A DNA stretch of 46,219 nucleotides, from positions 1-46,219 of the IMG/VR virus record IMGVR_UViG_3300037350_000040, one strand, 5' to 3'. The notes under the pieces were generated by a model. It was not told where the DNA came from. It did not search any database and worked only from the letters and a program-made list of their open reading frames with translations. Within the stretch, counting starts at the first letter, position 1. Each line of letters begins with the position of its first letter. The position numbers and the translations under genes are program-made. Below are positions 25,319-34,969 of this stretch, piece by piece. This DNA comes from a virus. Lineage: Duplodnaviria > Caudoviricetes.

Positions 25319-27478
25319 TTATTGCCGCAGTACGGCTCCGAGGATCGTTCCGGGGCGGTTGATCGTTCCGAGCACGATGACGCTCGGCAATGCCTGCCAG
25401 TTCACGAGGAGCAGGTTCCCGGTGATGGTCTGCGCTCCTGTGATCGCGATCGTAGCGTTCGGTAGGGACGCCGTGATCGAGAGCAGGTTCGCCGTGACCT
25501 GGGTGAACTGGGAGATGGTGGCGTTGGGGAGACTCGCCGTGACCGTGAGCAGGTTGGTCGAGAAGCTGACCCCACCGGCCTGGATCGTGGCGTTGGGGAA
25601 GGTGACCGTCGGCTGGAACAGGTTCGCGACGATGGTTCGCGAGTCGGTGGCGGCGCCGAAGGCCACCCCGTCGTTGCGGATCCCCACGTCATCGACGTAG
25701 ATGTTGGTGCCCGCGACCGAGTTACCGAACCGGATGCTCGCGATGTCGCCGCCGGCGGCCAGGGTGTCCGAGGCTGCCTGCGACCACGAGTAGTCGGGGG
25801 TCGTCCCGTCCATGTTCCCGCCGGCGTACAGGTCACAGGTGATCGTGACGCTGTTCCCGATCGGGACGTGCATCTCGCAGCGGTACCACGTGTTCGCGGT
25901 CAGCACGACCGGGCCGCTCGGCTCGGTGAAGGTGCCGGCAGAGTCTCCGATGCCGGGGTTCGGCGCCGTGTCCACCCGGAAGAACGCAGCCTCGTTGCCC
26001 AGGTTGTCGAACATCCGGCAGATCTTGTTCGCAGCCGAGGCCGGGAAGGTGGTCACCCGGAAGTAGAAGCGCACGTCGACCTGGGTCGTCTCGTTCGGCC
26101 ATTGCGTCGACCACTCGACGTACTCACCACCCGACGTGTCGGAGTCGATGAGCACCGAGTAGGTGCCGTGTGCCTTCTGGGCCGAGGAGTAGACGACGCG
26201 GTCGTTCGGCGTGGTACCGGTGTTGCCGCCGATCGTGTCGAAGTAGTCGCCGCCGCTGACGGTGTTCCCGCCCGAGCCGCCGGTCAGCTGCGTCTCGTCT
26301 GTCCCGACGTTGAAGTTGTTCTGGAGGATGGCCGCGCTGACCCCGCCCGAGATCGTGGCGTTGGGGAGAGAGGCCGTGATGCTCAGGACATTGGCCGCGA
26401 TGTTCACGTTCCCCGTCGTGATCGTGGCGTTGGGGAACGTCTTCGACGGGGAGAGCAGGTTCGCCGTCACGGTGTACTGCGCGCTCACCGTGGCGTTGGG
26501 GAGACTCGCGGTGACCGTCAACAGGTTCGCCGTGACCGTGTACTGGGTCGTCAGCGTGGCGTTGGGCAAGCTCGCCGTGACGGTGAGCAGGTTCGCCGTG
26601 ATCTGGACGGCCCCACCGGTGAGCGTGGCGTTGGGGAAGGAGGCCGTGACCGTCAACAGGTTGGCGGCGATGTTGACGTTGCCCGTGGTGATGGTCGCGT
26701 TCGGGAGCGACGTGGCCGGCGAGAGCAGGTTCGCGGCGATCGTGTTCTGGGTCGTGACGGTCGCGTTCGGGAGCGACGCCGTGACGCTGAGCAACTGGGC
26801 CGTGACGCTCTGATCGCCGCTGCCGAGGGAGATCGTGGCGTTCGGCAGGGACGCTGTGACGCTCAACAGGTTGGTGGCGACCGTCACGTTACCTGGGGTG
26901 ACCGTCGCGTTAAGGAGGGAAGCCGTAACGCTCAGGAGGTTTGCCGTGATGGTCGCCACCGCCGTCACCGTGGCGTTCGGCAGACTCACGGTGACGGACA
27001 GCAGGTTCGTGGCGATGTTGACGTTGCCCGTGGTGATGGTCGCGTTCGGGAGCGACGTGGCCGGCGAGAGCAGCTGTGCCGTGACGGTGACGTTCCCAGG
27101 GGTGATCGTGGCGTTCGGGAGGGACGCCGTCACCGTCAGCAGGTTGGCCGTGACGGTGTTCTGCGTGGTGATGGTGGCGTTCGGGAGGCTCGCCGTCACC
27201 GTCAGCAGGTTCGTGCTGATGTTGACGTTGCCGGTCGTGATCGTCGCGTTGGGGAGCGAGGCGGTCACGGTCAGCAGCTGCGCCGTGATCGTGTTCTGGG
27301 TCGTGATCGTGGCGTTCGGCAGGGAGGCGGTGACCGCCAGGAGGTTGGTCGAGAAGCTGACGCCACCGGGCGTGACCGTCGCGTTGGGGAGGGTCGCGGT
27401 GACGGTGAGCAGGTTCCCGGTGACCGTCTGGTCGCCGCTAGCGGCAGCCTCACCGAATGGCTGCCAGAGCCAGGACAT
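25319..27478 (-). CDS. Repeat-rich fibre protein with inserted lectin-like domain
   Basis: 19 clear copies of about 22-25-aa NLLTVTASLPNATIT, interrupted after copy 16 by a jelly-roll-like domain (NTWYRCEM, IYVDDV). Confidence 0.75.
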   Translation of the reverse strand: MSWLWQPFGEAAASGDQTVTGNLLTVTATLPNATVTPGGVSFSTNLLAVTASLPNATITTQNTITAQLLTVTASLPNATITTGNVNISTNLLTVTASLPNATITTQNTVTANLLTVTASLPNATITPGNVTVTAQLLSPATSLPNATITTGNVNIATNLLSVTVSLPNATVTAVATITANLLSVTASLLNATVTPGNVTVATNLLSVTASLPNATISLGSGDQSVTAQLLSVTASLPNATVTTQNTIAANLLSPATSLPNATITTGNVNIAANLLTVTASFPNATLTGGAVQITANLLTVTASLPNATLTTQYTVTANLLTVTASLPNATVSAQYTVTANLLSPSKTFPNATITTGNVNIAANVLSITASLPNATISGGVSAAILQNNFNVGTDETQLTGGSGGNTVSGGDYFDTIGGNTGTTPNDRVVYSSAQKAHGTYSVLIDSDTSGGEYVEWSTQWPNETTQVDVRFYFRVTTFPASAANKICRMFDNLGNEAAFFRVDTAPNPGIGDSAGTFTEPSGPVVLTANTWYRCEMHVPIGNSVTITCDLYAGGNMDGTTPDYSWSQAASDTLAAGGDIASIRFGNSVAGTNIYVDDVGIRNDGVAFGAATDSRTIVANLFQPTVTFPNATIQAGGVSFSTNLLTVTASLPNATISQFTQVTANLLSITASLPNATIAITGAQTITGNLLLVNWQALPSVIVLGTINRPGTILGAVLRQ

Positions 27479-28177
27479 CTACGCCAGCTTCCGGATCGAG
27501 TACGGGATCGTGCGGTCGGAACCGGCGAGCCGGTCGATCGAGAACTCCCAGCCGTTCATCAGGGCGAGAGCGGGGGACACCCAGACCTTCGACGTCTTGA
27601 CGCCCCACAGGGTCGCGCGGTAGGCCACGGCCTCCACCGTATCGGCGGCGCGGGCTTCCTCCGTGCACTTGACCTCGAACACGTCGTTCTTCGTCAGGTT
27701 CGTCAGGTCGAGGAACAGCTGGTAGATCCCCGCGCTCGTCTGCTTCGTCTTCGACGTGGACTCCGAGGCGATGAAGAACTCGGTCGTCGTCATCGAGGCG
27801 GACCCCTCCGTGTACTCGGTCGGGGTGCCACCGAGCGAGCGGATCCCCCAGGTGATCGTACGGTCGGTGCCGGTGAGCTTCTCCAGGCTGAAGTCCCAGC
27901 CGTGCATCAGCATCATCGCCGGCGCGACGTAGAGCGGGTCTGACTGCTGGTTCTGGATGACGTGGGAGAACACGAGCGCCTGCGACCCCGCCGACTGCAC
28001 CTTCTCGTACGCCTTGATCCTGAACGAGTCGCCTCGAGCCATGGACGTGGTGAAGTCCACCCACGCCTGGATCACGCCGTCGTCGGTCTTGGTCGCCAGG
28101 GTCGTGGTGTCCGTCGTCAGCGACCACTCATCGGTCGTGATGGCCTCGGTGCCGGCGTAGAGTTCGGTGACAGCCAT
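27479..28177 (-). CDS. Structural protein with two internally duplicated domains
   Basis: Both halves end P.(M/L).LM.GW.FS....G.DRTI...IR.L. Confidence 0.7.
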   Translation of the reverse strand: MAVTELYAGTEAITTDEWSLTTDTTTLATKTDDGVIQAWVDFTTSMARGDSFRIKAYEKVQSAGSQALVFSHVIQNQQSDPLYVAPAMMLMHGWDFSLEKLTGTDRTITWGIRSLGGTPTEYTEGSASMTTTEFFIASESTSKTKQTSAGIYQLFLDLTNLTKNDVFEVKCTEEARAADTVEAVAYRATLWGVKTSKVWVSPALALMNGWEFSIDRLAGSDRTIPYSIRKLA

Positions 28178-28178
28178 C

Positions 28179-29039
28179 TCAGCCCCTCACGCATCCGTAG
28201 GCGATGGCCCACATCGTAGAGTCTGCCGTACCGGTGCAGGACAAGCGAGCACCGATAGTCTCGGCCGCCGGGATGTCCGCCCAGATCACCGACGACGAGG
28301 AACGCACTTCCTCCGAGGCGTTCCCGTTCATCGTGAAGCAGAGTCCCAGCTCCTGTTGACCCACGAACCCGACCGTGAGCGCACCCACGTAGCCGACGGC
28401 GGAGAGCGTCGTGTCATCGGAGCCAGCCCCCATGAAGACCGCACACACGTCATTCGTGAACCCACCCAGGGAACCGAGAGCACCGAGCGCACCCGAGGCA
28501 CCGGGGGTGATCGACGTGCCGTTCGTGTTGGCCGTGCTCTCCCCGAGGGCTTCGATGTAGCTGATCTTAGGGTAGGACTCAGCATGGTCGGGACCGCCCC
28601 AGGAGTTGACCGCGACCCTCACCGTCTGAGACGCCGTGTTGGACTGCGTTCGCCCCCATAGCTGTGTCCCTGCCGGGACGTAGAGGGGGACCTGCATGTA
28701 GCTCACGCCACCGGGGAGCCAGCCTGAACCGGCTGCGTTGTTCCCGCAGTTCGCCGCGTTCAGGTTCTCTGCGATGACGGTCACGTTGGAGGAGTCAGGT
28801 CCGATCCCGAGATCGACGAGGTTCCGTGTGTTGGCGTTGCCGACGCCGCCCGAGGAGAAGACGATGTTGTGCACGTACAGGTCGTAGTCGATGGTGGCGT
28901 GGATCGCTGCCCAGGACCCCTTCGTGTGGGTCGTGCCCGATGCCGTCAAGGTCGTGCCGTAGGAGTTGGCGGCGGCAGGCGAGTCCTCGTTGGTGACGAA
29001 GTACCCGAAGGCCGGGGATGCGGGAAGCAAGAGCGTCAT
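28179..29039 (-). CDS. Structural/fibre protein, paralog of 29041-29886
   Basis: Shared MTLLLPA.PAFGYFVTNEDSP N-terminus and near-colinear sequence. Confidence 0.75.
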   Translation of the reverse strand: MTLLLPASPAFGYFVTNEDSPAAANSYGTTLTASGTTHTKGSWAAIHATIDYDLYVHNIVFSSGGVGNANTRNLVDLGIGPDSSNVTVIAENLNAANCGNNAAGSGWLPGGVSYMQVPLYVPAGTQLWGRTQSNTASQTVRVAVNSWGGPDHAESYPKISYIEALGESTANTNGTSITPGASGALGALGSLGGFTNDVCAVFMGAGSDDTTLSAVGYVGALTVGFVGQQELGLCFTMNGNASEEVRSSSSVIWADIPAAETIGARLSCTGTADSTMWAIAYGCVRG

Positions 29040-29040
29040 C

Positions 29041-29886
29041 TCAGCCCCTCACGAAGCCATAGAGGATCGCCCACATGGTCGAGTCCGAGGTGCCGTTGCA
29101 GGAGATGCGTGCGCTCATCGTCTGTCCGGCCGGGATGTCGCACCAGATCGGCGAGGCGTTGGAGCGCACCTGCTCGGTCGTACCCAAGACCTTGTGGTCG
29201 CACGCGATGCCAAGCTCCTGCACGGTCGCCGTGGCGTCGGTGCAGACCGCCCCCAGGTAACCGACGGACCCGAGCGAGGCGTCATCCGACCCGATGCTCA
29301 TGCTGACCCCGCTCACGTTGTTGGTGAACCCACCCCCCATGCTGGTCGCCGTCCCCAACGCACCGGACGCCCCGGCCGTGATGGCGGTGCCGGTCGTCGT
29401 GGCCGTGCTGTCCCCGATGCTCTCGATGTAGCTGATCTTCGGGAAGCTCTCCGGGTGGTCAGGCGCACCCCATGAGGAGATGTGTACCCGCACCGTCTGG
29501 GACGCGGTGTTCGACTGGACCCTCGCCCAGAGTTGGGTCCCGGCGGGGATGTAGAGCGGGAAGCCATGAAGGACCCGACCTCCCTGCGTGTGAGGGGCGG
29601 CGTTCGACGCGTCGAGGTTCTCCGCTACCTGGGTGACGTTGGACGAGTCCGGACCGACCCCGAGGTCGCAGAAGATACGCGTCGAGACGGTCGATACCGC
29701 ACCTTCGGTGAAGGTGATCGTGTGGTAGTAGAGGTCGTAAGAGATGGTCGCGTGGATCGCTGCCCACGTCCCCTTGATGTTCGCCGTACCCGCCGTGACC
29801 GACGTGCCGAACGCGCCACCCGTCGGGGAGTCCTCGTTCGTGACGAAGTAGCCGAAGGCCGGCGGTGCCGGCAACAGCAGCGTCAT
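29041..29886 (-). CDS. Structural/fibre protein, paralog of 28179-29039
   Basis: As above; both end DSTMWAI.YG.VRG. Confidence 0.75.
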   Translation of the reverse strand: MTLLLPAPPAFGYFVTNEDSPTGGAFGTSVTAGTANIKGTWAAIHATISYDLYYHTITFTEGAVSTVSTRIFCDLGVGPDSSNVTQVAENLDASNAAPHTQGGRVLHGFPLYIPAGTQLWARVQSNTASQTVRVHISSWGAPDHPESFPKISYIESIGDSTATTTGTAITAGASGALGTATSMGGGFTNNVSGVSMSIGSDDASLGSVGYLGAVCTDATATVQELGIACDHKVLGTTEQVRSNASPIWCDIPAGQTMSARISCNGTSDSTMWAILYGFVRG

Positions 29887-29887
29887 C

Positions 29888-30307
29888 TCAGAACGCGATG
29901 ATGCCCGAGGCGTTGAAGGCCACGGTGATGTTCCCGCCGTTCGGGGTCACCGGGAGGCCGGACGCAGCGGTGTCGAAGTAGGCGATCAGCGCGGACGTGG
30001 ACGAGACGCCCGAGTCCTTGTAGATCACGTACGCCTCGACCGAGTTACCCGACACCGAGGTGAACACCTCGTCGGCTGCGTCGAACGTACCGGCGGCCAC
30101 CGTGCCCACCGTGGGCGAGTCGAGCGTGCCGGGGGTGCCGACGATGCCCGAGAGGTCCGCATGGTCTTGGTGGGTCGCGAGGTTCACCGAGTAGGTCCCG
30201 GTGTCGATCAGCGCGAGCTTGATCGTGTCGGTGTTGAGGTCGGGGAACGTGTGCGTACCCCCACCGAGGATCAAGTCCTTGTAGTTCGCGTAGAGCGCGT
30301 TAGCCAT
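29888..30307 (-). CDS. Small virion structural protein, paralog of 34553-34954
   Basis: DLNTDTIKLALI...GTFDAAD...LIAYFD....LPVTPNGGNITV. Confidence 0.75.
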   Translation of the reverse strand: MANALYANYKDLILGGGTHTFPDLNTDTIKLALIDTGTYSVNLATHQDHADLSGIVGTPGTLDSPTVGTVAAGTFDAADEVFTSVSGNSVEAYVIYKDSGVSSTSALIAYFDTAASGLPVTPNGGNITVAFNASGIIAF

Positions 30308-30650
30308 GACCGTTCCTTCCTATGAACTCGCCCGAGATGACCTCAGGCTGCCCGAGTGCCCCCATGCCGATGGTCAACGGCGGGGGATCCTTCACCTCGT
30401 TCACGACCTCGAGACCGGCCAGACCGTGTGGGTCCGCCTCGAGGATCGCGTTGTACACGCCCTCGCTGATGATCCCGTTGCCGTTCTCATCGAGGGTGAT
30501 GTGGTGCGCCTTGTAGTAGTGGATCCTGATCGACCCATCCTTCGTCGGATTGCAACGGGGGCAGACGATCGGCGTCGCGTACTCCGGCCCCGCCTCCACC
30601 ACGAACGTGCCTCCGTGGAACATGTTGTGCCGAACCCTGATACCTGGCAT
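30300..30650 (-). CDS. Hypothetical protein with CxxC
   Basis: CPRC...H..KAHHITLD; coupled. Confidence 0.65.
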   Translation of the reverse strand: MPGIRVRHNMFHGGTFVVEAGPEYATPIVCPRCNPTKDGSIRIHYYKAHHITLDENGNGIISEGVYNAILEADPHGLAGLEVVNEVKDPPPLTIGMGALGQPEVISGEFIGRNGHG

Positions 30651-30654
30651 CCCT

Positions 30655-33078
30655 CTATCCCCTCTCCGTGGTCCCCACCACGCTGTCGCGCTGGCCGACG
30701 AATCCATTGACCTCGTCGGTCACCGTTGCGGTACCGACCACGCGTCCCAGAACGCTGGTCGAGATGCGGAACGTTCTCACCGTGAGCAGCGGGATCTTCG
30801 GCAGCACCACGGTCTGGGGGAAGTTCTGCTCGAGCGCCGTGTGTGGCGCGTAGGCGGTGAACAGGCCGATCAGCGGAAGGCCGACCGCCTTCGGGGGGTT
30901 CGATCCTCGGAAGACCAGTGGCTGGTGAACGGTCAGCAACGTGGTCTTCTGCATCGCCACGGCGGTCAGCCGGTTCACCCGAGGCGTCTTCACCGAGAGC
31001 AGAGAGATCGCACCGAAGACGACGTCCTGCGTCGGGGTCGCGCCCACGAGGTCCCCGTTGACCGTGTACCGGGAGTCGTTCACCGAGACGCCGGCCTCGT
31101 TCACCGTGATCCCGGCCGGCGGCGGGGTTCCGCCTCCCGCGTCGACCAACTCGAGGATGATGCTTCCCGCGCGCCCGGTGCCGATCGCCTGGGTCCAGGC
31201 GGTCTGGATATCGGCCGTCGAGGAGTAGCCGCCCTCGATCGTCACCGACGGAGAGACAGACGTGAACCCGTTCCCGAGCTTCGTCCACCCTCCCTCGACG
31301 GTGTACAGGTCGGACTGGGAGACGTTCTTCGCGTAGAACGCGAGCGACCGGTTGTCGGAGGATCCGAACGCCGGCAGGGTCCCGCTCGTCTCCGGCGAGG
31401 TGTTGTCGACGTTCGTCGCGACGTTGCGGATATACGCACTCCCGGGCACCCCGTCGACCTCGACCACGTCCCAGACGGCGGCATGGATCGGCTGGCCGCC
31501 GAAGTTGATCGTGAGCGGCCCGACCCCCGGGGAAGCGGTCAGGCCCGCGAAGACCCAGAGCGTGCCCTGGTTCGGGGCCACGTCGTCGTAGATCGAGGTC
31601 CCCTGCAGCGAGAAGGTGATGTTCGCGCCCGTGACCGTAGGGGCCGAGGGCTGGACCGAGTCGTTGCGGTAGGCCGAGACTCCTACGACGACCGCTCTAC
31701 CGCCGACGGGGGAGATCGTCGTCGTGTTGAAGGAGGAGGCCGAGTTGCCTCCCGCCGAGGTCAGGACCCGGAAGGCCAGCGTGTCCGAGGGTGGCGGTGG
31801 CGGCTCCCCGCCGGCGTCGGGATCCTCGTAGATCGCGACGCGGTAGGGCGCCGGCGAGATCGCCGTGCCGGACGTCGTGGTGGCACCGGTGAAGTCGCCG
31901 CCGACGATCATCCACCCGAGGGACTCGATGAACTGGATCTCCCACACCTTCAGGAACGAACCGGTCCACGGGGAGGACGCCCCGGTCGAGGTGAACCCCG
32001 GCATGTAGGACTGGATCAGGCCGGTGTTCGCGTCGTAGAGCGCGAAGCCGGATCCGACGACGTTCGATCCCCCTCCGGGCTGAGCCGCGAAGTTCGTGTC
32101 GTGCGTTCCGACGGCCAGGAGCGTGAAGCCGTAGGAGAGCTTCCCGATCCCGAGCGCCTGGTTGTCGCCGTTCGCGAGCAGCCCCTGGGCGCCCCAGCGC
32201 GGGGTGCCGGAGCCGGTGTACGACCACGTCGTGTTCCCCCCGGTGGCCCCGGAACCCTTCGTCCCGAGGAACCACGCCTGGAGGTCGTCGTCGGCGTCCA
32301 CGACCAGTGACGCGTTCGGGGACGGACCATCAGCGAAGACGAGGGATCCGAGGTCGGTGAAGACCGCGAAGTGGACGTTCGACTGCCCGCCCATCGTGGC
32401 CAGCGCGTCGTTCGCGACCCCGATCAACGTGCGCGCGGGGCTGGTCTGGTGCAGGACCGCAAGCTCCGAGACGCGGCCGGCGGTCACCGAGGGTGCCCAG
32501 CTGGTGACCGTGCAGGGCGTCGAGGACACGTTGGCGGCAGCGAGGCGGAACCGGTTGAACGCTCCCGAGCCGTCGTTCACGCTGAACCCGGTGAACGTCC
32601 CGCCGAAGTAGAGGGTGTTCCCCTCGAGCAGCATCGTGCGGACCGTGCCACCGATCGACCACCCGTTGAAGTGGTTCGTGATCTGGCCGGTCGCACCGTT
32701 GATGACCGCGATGCGCTCGCGTACGGAGGTGACCCCGTTGATCGTGATGGACGAGAAGTTCCCCGAGATGTAGACGAGCGTACCGTCGGTCGCCAGGTCG
32801 TGGATCTCGCATTGGCTCGCCGGCAGGTCGAACGAGACGACCCAGCCCGAGTCCCACTCTCGAGTGGTGGGGTCGATCCGCACGAGCGAGTTGATCACGT
32901 GGGTGACGCCGGCCTTCGTCTCGAGGCGGTCGGCGCCGAGCGTCGCGATGTAGATCTTGCCGCCGGCGTAGGCCGCCTTCGTGAAGCGCCCCGCCTGTTT
33001 GGTCGGGTCGTCGGTCGGGCTGACCAGCCACGTGGCTCCGAGGCGGATCGTCTGCGATGGGGTCTGGGGGAGAGCCAT
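30655..33078 (-). CDS. Large receptor-binding/spike-like protein (beta-propeller plus beta-sandwich)
   Basis: Propeller-like blades VYISGNF, LYFGGTFT, MIVGGDFT; poly-Pro linkers; C-terminal LL(S/T)V repeats. Confidence 0.65.
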   Translation of the reverse strand: MALPQTPSQTIRLGATWLVSPTDDPTKQAGRFTKAAYAGGKIYIATLGADRLETKAGVTHVINSLVRIDPTTREWDSGWVVSFDLPASQCEIHDLATDGTLVYISGNFSSITINGVTSVRERIAVINGATGQITNHFNGWSIGGTVRTMLLEGNTLYFGGTFTGFSVNDGSGAFNRFRLAAANVSSTPCTVTSWAPSVTAGRVSELAVLHQTSPARTLIGVANDALATMGGQSNVHFAVFTDLGSLVFADGPSPNASLVVDADDDLQAWFLGTKGSGATGGNTTWSYTGSGTPRWGAQGLLANGDNQALGIGKLSYGFTLLAVGTHDTNFAAQPGGGSNVVGSGFALYDANTGLIQSYMPGFTSTGASSPWTGSFLKVWEIQFIESLGWMIVGGDFTGATTTSGTAISPAPYRVAIYEDPDAGGEPPPPPSDTLAFRVLTSAGGNSASSFNTTTISPVGGRAVVVGVSAYRNDSVQPSAPTVTGANITFSLQGTSIYDDVAPNQGTLWVFAGLTASPGVGPLTINFGGQPIHAAVWDVVEVDGVPGSAYIRNVATNVDNTSPETSGTLPAFGSSDNRSLAFYAKNVSQSDLYTVEGGWTKLGNGFTSVSPSVTIEGGYSSTADIQTAWTQAIGTGRAGSIILELVDAGGGTPPPAGITVNEAGVSVNDSRYTVNGDLVGATPTQDVVFGAISLLSVKTPRVNRLTAVAMQKTTLLTVHQPLVFRGSNPPKAVGLPLIGLFTAYAPHTALEQNFPQTVVLPKIPLLTVRTFRISTSVLGRVVGTATVTDEVNGFVGQRDSVVGTTERG

Positions 33079-33087
33079 GCTGCCCTC

Positions 33088-34551
33088 CTACAGGTTCGGC
33101 ATCGCGGTCCACGTACCGGGCGATCCGGTCGTCGTGCAGATCCAGCCCATCGAGGACCCCGCTGCGGCCGGCTGACGCCACCGCTTCATCCCGTCGAGCC
33201 ATTGCCCGGAGGCGGGGGACCCCGTGTCGTACTGCCAGGAGTTCGCCTCGGTGTACAGGTTCACGCCCGAGAGGGAGGAGCGGAAGATCGTGGCGTCGGT
33301 GAAGGGCTTGTTCGGGTTCCCCGCACCGTCGATGTTCGAGACGAGGTTCGGGTTCGCCACGCAGTTGACCATCGTCATCCGGCCGTCAGAGCCGGAGATG
33401 TCGGCGAAGTAGTGGCTGCCGGCGGTGGACTGAACGTGTGACGTGACCCCCGAGACGGACCACTCGGCGGCGTTCGTCATGTTGATGTCGAGCGTCACGC
33501 AGGTCACCCCCGAGCCGACCTGGCGATGGTTCACGTTGCAGTCCGAGATCGAGTTGCCGCCGCCGGCGCCACCGTCGAAGCCGGCGTTGCCATCGACTTG
33601 GATCGCGCCGTAGACGCCGGAGCCGTTCCCGCAGCCGAAGCCGTCGAGGTAGCACTCGGTGATACGGAGCATCCCCGCGTCGATGACGTGGATCCCCGAG
33701 CCGGCAGAGCCGTTCGTGTGGACGTGACGGATCAGCGCCCCACCTGCGGCCTCGATGCGGATGTCATCCTTGGCGTGGGTGTAGTCCGGCGGGCGCAGGC
33801 AGACGATGTCGTCCATCACCCAGTCCGTGATGCCCCCGCCGACCCCGTCCTTCTGGACGAAGATGCTGGCGTTGTTCGAGCCGATCCGCAGCTGCTTGAA
33901 CCACGAGTTGACGGCGTTCTGGGTGTGGGTGTCCCCGTTGAACCGCTTCGTCGTCCAGATCACGCCGTAGCCGGATCCCGAGGTCGAGCTTGCGGTCGTG
34001 ACCCAGTCGGTCGTGCCGTTGAACCCGTTGATCAGGCACCGCTCGATGATGTTACAGGACCCCATGAACACGACGCCCGCGCCGACGGCCGACTGCGAGT
34101 TGCCGTTGATGTAGAGGTCGGAGATGAAGATCGGTCCCTCGTCGTCCTGGGTCGCGGACGGCGTCAGGTACGCGTGGTGGGTGAAGACCCCCTTGCGGCC
34201 CCAGGTTCCGGCGCTCGCGCCCGAACGGACCTTCACCTGCGAGCGCGCGTTCCCGGTCGAGTTGTTCGTCGCCCACATCGTGCCCCGGATGTAGCGGTAG
34301 CAGGGGACATCCCAGGGAGCGGAGGTCTGATAGATGCCATCGCCGAACAGGATCGTGTCACCGGGCTGGGAGTCGTTGATGCAGGCCTGGACCGAGGCGT
34401 AGTCGTCGGTCGCGTTGTCCCCCTTGGCTCCGTACGCCTTCACCGAACGGAAGACACCGAGGGTGCGGGCGTGCGCGCCGTTGTGCGCGTCGCCCCCGAA
34501 GGTGGCGGTCGATGCGAGTGCGCCGTTGGCTGCCGGGATGGACGCTGGCAT
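33088..34551 (-). CDS. Tailspike with pectate-lyase-like right-handed beta-helix (depolymerase)
   Basis: SVKAYGAKGDNATDDYASVQACIN...GDTILF.DGIY; C-terminal GWICTTTGSPGTW. Confidence 0.8.
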   Translation of the reverse strand: MPASIPAANGALASTATFGGDAHNGAHARTLGVFRSVKAYGAKGDNATDDYASVQACINDSQPGDTILFGDGIYQTSAPWDVPCYRYIRGTMWATNNSTGNARSQVKVRSGASAGTWGRKGVFTHHAYLTPSATQDDEGPIFISDLYINGNSQSAVGAGVVFMGSCNIIERCLINGFNGTTDWVTTASSTSGSGYGVIWTTKRFNGDTHTQNAVNSWFKQLRIGSNNASIFVQKDGVGGGITDWVMDDIVCLRPPDYTHAKDDIRIEAAGGALIRHVHTNGSAGSGIHVIDAGMLRITECYLDGFGCGNGSGVYGAIQVDGNAGFDGGAGGGNSISDCNVNHRQVGSGVTCVTLDINMTNAAEWSVSGVTSHVQSTAGSHYFADISGSDGRMTMVNCVANPNLVSNIDGAGNPNKPFTDATIFRSSLSGVNLYTEANSWQYDTGSPASGQWLDGMKRWRQPAAAGSSMGWICTTTGSPGTWTAMPNL

Positions 34552-34552
34552 C

Positions 34553-34954
34553 TCAGATGCTCGCGATCCCTGCGCCGTTCCATTGCAGCGTGATGTCCCC
34601 GCCGTTGGGCGTCACCGGCATCCCCGAGGTGAAGGTGTCGAAGTACAGCATCAGCTGCGAGGTGGCCGCGTTGCCCGTGTCGTCGTAGATCACCACGACC
34701 TCGGCGGTATCACCCGAGACGGCGGTCATCGTGGTGTCGGCCGCGTCGAACGTACCGGTGGTCGTGGTCTTGGAGCCGAGCGTTGCCGTGGCGACGGAAC
34801 CGACCGAGATGTCGTTCCAGAAGTCGTGGGTCGCTGTGGACACGGTCACGTCAGCCGAGTCGATCAACGCTGCCTTCAGCGTGGCGCTCGAGATGACAGG
34901 AGCGGTCGAGGCCCACATCGCGACCGCCCACGCGTCGAACCTACCGTTAGCCAT
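34553..34954 (-). CDS. Small virion structural protein, paralog of 29888-30307
   Basis: TLKAALID...GTFDAAD...LMLYFD...GMPVTPNGGDITL. Confidence 0.75.
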   Translation of the reverse strand: MANGRFDAWAVAMWASTAPVISSATLKAALIDSADVTVSTATHDFWNDISVGSVATATLGSKTTTTGTFDAADTTMTAVSGDTAEVVVIYDDTGNAATSQLMLYFDTFTSGMPVTPNGGDITLQWNGAGIASI

Positions 34955-34969
34955 CGATCCTCCTAAGGG

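Noticed and set aside
26330-27430. Regularly spaced ~66-69-nt repeats resembling a CRISPR array
   Set aside because: They vary at synonymous positions and encode protein repeats; no unique spacers or cas genes
25319-27478. N-A-T in every repeat as N-glycosylation sequons
   Set aside because: No glycosyltransferase in the genome, and the protein is made in the cytoplasm; more likely a structural turn
25868-27943. Long plus-strand ORFs opposite structural genes (also 19983-21731, 30550-32310, 40236-41720, 12106-13542)
   Set aside because: Antisense shadows of GC-rich coding sequence; R/G/V-rich with no motifs, while the minus-strand frames carry clear phage motifs
28179-29886. Paralog pair as a possible DGR template/variable repeat
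   Set aside because: No reverse transcriptase, differences are not adenine-specific, and both copies are intact genes
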